Assembly (NCBI GenBank): GCA_944336625.1
Contig: CALVLF010000048.1
Span: 1 to 19,942, forward strand
DNA length: 19,942 nucleotides
Origin: an uncultured Clostridia bacterium
Lineage (GTDB): Bacteria > Bacillota > Clostridia > Christensenellales > CAG-138
Direction of reading: 5' to 3'
The position numbers and the translations under genes are program-made. Below the pieces are notes generated by a model. That model had not been told where the DNA came from. It searched no databases and worked only from the letters and a program-made list of their open reading frames with translations. This document shows, piece after piece, positions 15,914-19,942 of the stretch (positions are counted from its first letter, which is position 1; every line of letters starts with the position of its first letter).

Positions 15914-18317
15914 AAAGAATGAGCCCCAGCTTCCCATTGGGGAAACCATCATCGAAAAAAGCATGGACGAGGTCATGCATGATTCCATGCTTCCCTATGC
16001 GGAATACGTCATCCTGGAGCGGGCCCTTCCCCGGGTGGAGGATGGGCTCAAGCCTGTGCAGCGGCGCATCCTTTATACCATGCTGGAGCTGGGAACCACT
16101 CCGGATAAGCCACACCGTAAAAGCGCCCGTATCGTAGGCGACTGCCTGGGTAAATACCATCCCCACGGGGATACCTCCGTATACGATGCCATGGTGCGCA
16201 TGGCCCAGCCCTTTAATATGCAGATGCCCCTGGTGGATGGCCACGGGAACTTCGGCAGCGTAGATGGGGACAGCGCCGCAGCCATGCGGTATACCGAGGC
16301 TCGCATGGCGCCCATCGCCCTGGAGATGCTCCGGGATCTGGATAAGGATACGGTTAAATTCAGCCTGAATTTCGACGATACCCTTAAAGAACCGGATGTT
16401 TTGCCCGGCCGCTTTCCCAACCTTCTGGTGAATGGGGCCAGCGGCATCGCCGTGGGCCTGGCCACCAATATCCCCCCCCATAACCTGGGGGAAGCCATCG
16501 ACGCCGTGCTCTTGCAGATGGAGGACCCGGAGGTCTCCCTGGATGCGCTTATGCAAGTGCTGCCCTGCCCGGATTTCCCCACGGGGGGATACCTTCTGAA
16601 GAGCGAGGAGATCCGCAGCGCCTATGAGACCGGCCGGGGCAAGCTGACCCTCCGGGCCAAGGTCCATATGGAAGAAGGCCGGGCGGGCCGCAAGCTCATC
16701 GTGGTGACGGAATTTCCCTACCAGGTGAATAAGGCCCGGGCCCTGGAGGAGATCCTTCGGGTAAGCCAGGAGAAGAAGGGCCTATTTTCCGGCATCGGGG
16801 ATATCCGGGATGAATCGGACCGGATGGGCACCCGGGCCGTTATTGAGGTGAAGAAGGACGGGGATGCGGATAAGATCCTTTCGTATCTTTATAAATACAG
16901 CGACCTGCAGGTGACCATTGGTGTGAATATGGTGGCCATCGCCGGAGGCAAGCCCCTGCAAATGGGCCTGAAGGAAATGCTGGCCTATTATATCCAGCAC
17001 CAGGAGGACGTAGTAACCCGCAGAACCCGCTTCGACCTGGAGGCGGCCCAGCGCCGGGCCCATATCCTCCAGGGGCTCATGATTGCTATCGCCAATATAG
17101 ACGAGGTCATCGCCCTCATCCGGGCTTCCAAAGCCCCAAAGCAGGCCAAGGAGGGCCTTATGGCCCGCTTCGAACTGACAGAGATCCAGGCCCAGGCCAT
17201 ATTGGATTTGCGGCTCCAGCGCCTGACCAACCTGGAGATGCTGGCCATCGAAAAGGAATATAAAGAGGTGCAGGCCCTGATCGGCGAGCTGACGGCTATT
17301 CTCCAGTCCCCCAAAAAGCTCCGCCAGGTCATCCGCAAAGAGCTCCTGGCCATTCGCAAGGCCTATGCCCTGCCCCGCCGCACCCAGCTCCTGGAGGCAG
17401 AGACCGTTGCCCTGCCGGAAAAGGAAGAAAAGGTTTCCGAGGCGGCGGTCGTGCTTTTGCTGCCGGATGGGAAGATCCGGCGCATGCCGCCAAAAGCCTA
17501 TAACCAGGAGCAGGCCGGGGCGGAAGCTCCCCTGGCAATTCTGGAAACGGCTACGGATAAGCGGCTGCGCTTTTTCACCAACCAGGGGGCCTGTTGCCTG
17601 CTGCCGGTGGAGGAGATTCCAGAGACCCGCTGGAATGCCCGCCCAGCTAACCTCAACGCCCTCATTGCCTTTGAAAAGGATGAGGCGGTGGTGGCCTGCC
17701 TAAGGGAGGAAGACTGCGGCGGCAATCTGTATTTCTATACGCAGCAGGGGAACGTGAAATGCACCGAAGGCTCGGAGTATAACCCCCGTACCAAGCGGAT
17801 CGCTGCCATTTCCCTCCGGGAAGGGGATGCGCTCCTGGGTGTGGAGCCGGAGCGGGAAAGCAGCATTCTGCTGCTGACGCGCAGCGGCATGAGCATCCGC
17901 TTTGCCCGGGATACGGTGCCCGGCATGGGACGGGTTTCCGGCGGCGTAAAATGCATGAAGCTGGAGCCGGGCGATGCGGTAATCTTTGGCCAACAGGTGG
18001 GGGAGGAAGGAGAAATCCTCACCATTTCGGATCGGGGCTATGCCAAGCGCTCCTTTATTTTCGACCATGAGCTCCAAGGCAGGAATGGAAAGGGGCTCAA
18101 ATGTTTCGAGTTTAAAAAGAACGGATCCAATGGCACCGCCCTGGCTGCCGCCCTGTATGTGCGGGAACCCTTCGATTTCATCGTCAGCCAGAAACACGGC
18201 ACGGAAACTACCTGCCATACGGAAGAGGTGCGCATTGAAGAGCGGGCCGGTAAAGGCATGCTCCTCATCATGGCCCTGCTGGACGACGTGGTGACCGGCG
18301 CCCGGAAAAAGCTGTAA
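15906..18317 (+). CDS. parC: Type IIA DNA topoisomerase subunit A (ParC-like; no GyrA box)
   Basis: The TTG start is 7 nt after AAGGGAGGGG and overlaps the upstream stop by 8 nt. It contains [20 protein letters not shown] (Q where GyrA has KPVHRR), [22 protein letters not shown] and the catalytic [10 protein letters not shown]. The C-terminal domain is short and diverged, and I could not find a QRRGGKG GyrA-box. Confidence 0.75.
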   Translation: MAKKNEPQLPIGETIIEKSMDEVMHDSMLPYAEYVILERALPRVEDGLKPVQRRILYTMLELGTTPDKPHRKSARIVGDCLGKYHPHGDTSVYDAMVRMAQPFNMQMPLVDGHGNFGSVDGDSAAAMRYTEARMAPIALEMLRDLDKDTVKFSLNFDDTLKEPDVLPGRFPNLLVNGASGIAVGLATNIPPHNLGEAIDAVLLQMEDPEVSLDALMQVLPCPDFPTGGYLLKSEEIRSAYETGRGKLTLRAKVHMEEGRAGRKLIVVTEFPYQVNKARALEEILRVSQEKKGLFSGIGDIRDESDRMGTRAVIEVKKDGDADKILSYLYKYSDLQVTIGVNMVAIAGGKPLQMGLKEMLAYYIQHQEDVVTRRTRFDLEAAQRRAHILQGLMIAIANIDEVIALIRASKAPKQAKEGLMARFELTEIQAQAILDLRLQRLTNLEMLAIEKEYKEVQALIGELTAILQSPKKLRQVIRKELLAIRKAYALPRRTQLLEAETVALPEKEEKVSEAAVVLLLPDGKIRRMPPKAYNQEQAGAEAPLAILETATDKRLRFFTNQGACCLLPVEEIPETRWNARPANLNALIAFEKDEAVVACLREEDCGGNLYFYTQQGNVKCTEGSEYNPRTKRIAAISLREGDALLGVEPERESSILLLTRSGMSIRFARDTVPGMGRVSGGVKCMKLEPGDAVIFGQQVGEEGEILTISDRGYAKRSFIFDHELQGRNGKGLKCFEFKKNGSNGTALAAALYVREPFDFIVSQKHGTETTCHTEEVRIEERAGKGMLLIMALLDDVVTGARKKL

Positions 18318-18328
18318 GAATAAAACAG

Positions 18329-18368
18329 GCTCCTTCCGAATATGTATAAGCAACATTTCCGGAGGAGC
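18329..18368 (+). promoter_or_regulatory. Hairpin sequestering the Shine-Dalgarno of the downstream OB-fold gene
   Basis: GCUCCUUCCGAA (18329..18340) pairs with UUCCGGAGGAGC (18357..18368) at 11 of 12 positions (one G-U, one C/C mismatch), with a 16-nt loop. The 3' arm contains the GGAGGAG RBS (18361..18367). Confidence 0.4.
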
Positions 18369-18377
18369 TTAGGACGC

Positions 18378-18989
18378 ATGATGGGGATCAACGAGGGCAA
18401 TGGGGCCTATATCAGCGGGGTGGTGCAAAGCGATGCCCAGCTGGATCATGAGATCTACGGGGAAGCCTTTTACAGCCTGTATCTGGGGGTGGAGAGGCTC
18501 AGCGGCGTTCTGGATATCCTGCCTGTGACCCTGCCTGCCCGGCTTTGCCCGCAGCTCCCCCGGGCGGGGGAGCGCCTTGGCGTATATGGCCAGCTGCGCT
18601 CCTATAATAAGCGGACGGAAACGGGAAACCGGCTGGTGATTACGGTTTTCGCCCGGGATATCCGGCCTGCCACGCCGGAGGAGCTGCCCGTTAATAGTAT
18701 CCAGCTTTGTGGCTTTATCTGCAAGCCTGTGGTTTATCGCCGGACTCCCTTTATGCGGGAAATCGGGGATATGCTGGTGGCGGTAAACCGTCCCTATGGC
18801 AAGAGCGACTACCTGCCCTGCATCGCCTGGGGGCGGAACGCGGTATATGCCCGGGAGCTCCAGGTGGGGGACAGGGTCCGTATAGAAGGCAGGCTTCAAA
18901 GCCGTGCCTATGAAAAATGCTTGGCCGATGGCAGCGTGATGCAGCGGACGGCCTATGAGGTCTCCTGCTCCCGCGTGGAGCGGGAATGA
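18378..18989 (+). CDS. SSB-family protein with two tandem OB-fold-like halves
   Basis: ATG 18378 sits 10 nt after GGAGGAG. The two halves share a pattern: ..YISGVVQSDAQLDHEIYGEAFYSLYLGVERLSGVLDILPVTLP...GERLGVYGQLRSYN.. and ..IQLCGFICKPVVYRRTPFMREIGDMLVAVNRPYGKSDYLPCIAWGRNA...VGDRVRIEGRLQSRAYEK.. . This resembles the SSB-like proteins annotated in Clostridia. There is no acidic C-terminal tail. Confidence 0.55.
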   Translation: MMGINEGNGAYISGVVQSDAQLDHEIYGEAFYSLYLGVERLSGVLDILPVTLPARLCPQLPRAGERLGVYGQLRSYNKRTETGNRLVITVFARDIRPATPEELPVNSIQLCGFICKPVVYRRTPFMREIGDMLVAVNRPYGKSDYLPCIAWGRNAVYARELQVGDRVRIEGRLQSRAYEKCLADGSVMQRTAYEVSCSRVERE

Positions 18990-19018
18990 GGATTTTTACA
19001 AAAGAGGAGGGATGGCCC

Positions 19019-19942
19019 GTGGCTATGGATGGCCTGAACTTATTCGCTTCCGGCCGGGAGATCGCCGGGCTGATCGGCGGGAAGATCGATAAAATCCACC
19101 AGCCGGAAAAGGATGAGCTGGTGCTGCATATACGGGCGGGGGGCGAGAACCGCCGCCTGCTCCTGTCTGCCAACCCAAGCAACGCCAGGGCGCAGCTTAC
19201 GGAGGTAAAGCGGGCGAACCCCCTGGAGGCGCCTGCTTTCTGTATGCTGCTGCGGCGGCGTATTGCCGGCGGCCGCATCCTGGCCGTGGAACAGCCCAAG
19301 ATGGACCGGGTGCTGGAAATCGTCATCGAAGCCCAGAACGATCTGGGGGATATGGTGCCCTACCGGCTCGTGGCGGAGATCATGGGCAAATATTCCAATA
19401 TCATCCTGGTAGATGAAGCGGGCCGCATCCTGGATGCCATCCGGCGGGTAGGGCCGGGCATGAGCTCGGTGCGGATGCTCCTGCCGGGCCTCAGCTACAG
19501 CCCGCCGCCGGCCCAGGATAAGCGGGAGATCCTTTCCGCCAGCCCGGAGGAGATTTCCGCCGTATTTGCAAAGGGCCGGGTGGACAAGGCCCTTTCCGGC
19601 GCCTTCTTTGGCCTGGCGCCCCAGATGGCCGGCGCCCTTTGCGCCCGGGTAACGGACAAGCTGGATTGCGAAAGCCTGGCGCCCCAGGAGCGGCAAGCCC
19701 TGGGGGAAAGCATCTATGCTTTCTATCAGGATCTTGCCCAAGGGAAAGCCCGGCCCGCCCTGGCCCTGGGGGAGTACGGGGAACCGGTGGCGGTGTCTCC
19801 TTTTCATCCCAACCTGCCGGAAACCCGCCCCATGGAAACTATGGGGCAGGCCCTGGCCGCTTATTACGAAAGCCAGGATGTGCAGGGCAGAATGCAGCGC
19901 CACGGGGCGGGGATCCACCGGGTGCTGTTGAATAATATCGAG
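19019..19942 (+). CDS. rqcH: Ribosome quality-control protein RqcH / fibronectin-binding protein A (NFACT family), 5' part; continues past the window end
   Basis: The frame is open to the window edge: (M)AMDGLNLFASGREIAGLIGGKIDKIHQPEKDELVLHIRAGGENRRLLLSANPSNARAQLTE...PAFCMLLRRRIAGGRIL..EIMGKYSNIILVDEAGRILDAIRRV...LLPGLSYSPPPAQDK.., which matches NFACT-N domain hallmarks. GTG 19019 is 8 nt after GGAGG, and ATG 19025 is an alternative start. The gene is absent from the ORF track because it has no stop in the window. Confidence 0.8.
   Translation, partial: MAMDGLNLFASGREIAGLIGGKIDKIHQPEKDELVLHIRAGGENRRLLLSANPSNARAQLTEVKRANPLEAPAFCMLLRRRIAGGRILAVEQPKMDRVLEIVIEAQNDLGDMVPYRLVAEIMGKYSNIILVDEAGRILDAIRRVGPGMSSVRMLLPGLSYSPPPAQDKREILSASPEEISAVFAKGRVDKALSGAFFGLAPQMAGALCARVTDKLDCESLAPQERQALGESIYAFYQDLAQGKARPALALGEYGEPVAVSPFHPNLPETRPMETMGQALAAYYESQDVQGRMQRHGAGIHRVLLNNIE

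Noticed and set aside
13943-18317. Calling the topoisomerase pair gyrB/gyrA
   Set aside because: The A subunit has KPVQRR, no GyrA box and a reduced C-terminal domain, and there is no oriC-type neighbourhood. It is therefore labelled topo IV-like, but with reduced confidence because many Clostridia carry two gyrase-like pairs.
13868-19918. Very long minus-strand ORFs (13868..15988 of 706 aa, 15849..16667, 17700..18356, 18369..18899, 18751..19326, 19040..19918)
   Set aside because: They are shadows of parE, parC, the OB-fold gene and rqcH. None shows motifs, and all sit opposite genes with clear family signatures.
1-19942. CRISPR arrays, transposases, integrases, prophage or toxin-antitoxin/defence modules
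   Set aside because: I found no regularly spaced direct repeats, terminal inverted repeats or recognisable mobile or defence gene signatures in any frame. The only decay signature is the TipAS remnant.

Overview
This window looks like chromosome from a fairly GC-rich Firmicute or Clostridia-type anaerobe. The taxon is a guess based on GGAGG-type ribosome-binding sites, gene content and the presence of RqcH. Almost all real genes are on the + strand. They form a selenocysteine-centred block. From left to right: a divergently oriented LysR-family regulator truncated by the window edge (1..723, -); selA and selB; a tRNA-Sec gene (selC, anticodon UCA) with its own near-consensus promoter; a tandem glycine riboswitch with a terminator-type expression platform; then a complete glycine reductase operon in the order grdX-grdE-grdB-trxB-trxA-grdA-grdC-grdD. 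grdB and grdA each carry an in-frame TGA at the classical selenocysteine position, so the ORF track splits or truncates both. Downstream lie a degraded TipAS/MerR-type gene remnant, a small divergent hypothetical gene, a type IIA topoisomerase B/A pair that looks more like topo IV (parE/parC) than gyrase, a tandem OB-fold SSB-like gene, and the 5' part of rqcH running off the right edge. I saw no CRISPR array, transposase, integrase or phage genes. Most long minus-strand ORFs in the track are antisense shadow ORFs typical of GC-rich coding DNA. The biology here is largely a known system (Sec insertion plus glycine reductase). The points worth a second look are the recoding sites and their candidate SECIS hairpins, the riboswitch-to-reductase wiring, the physical coupling of the Sec-decoding genes to their client operon, the non-canonical gene order, and several unexplained structured or repeat elements in the intergenic regions.
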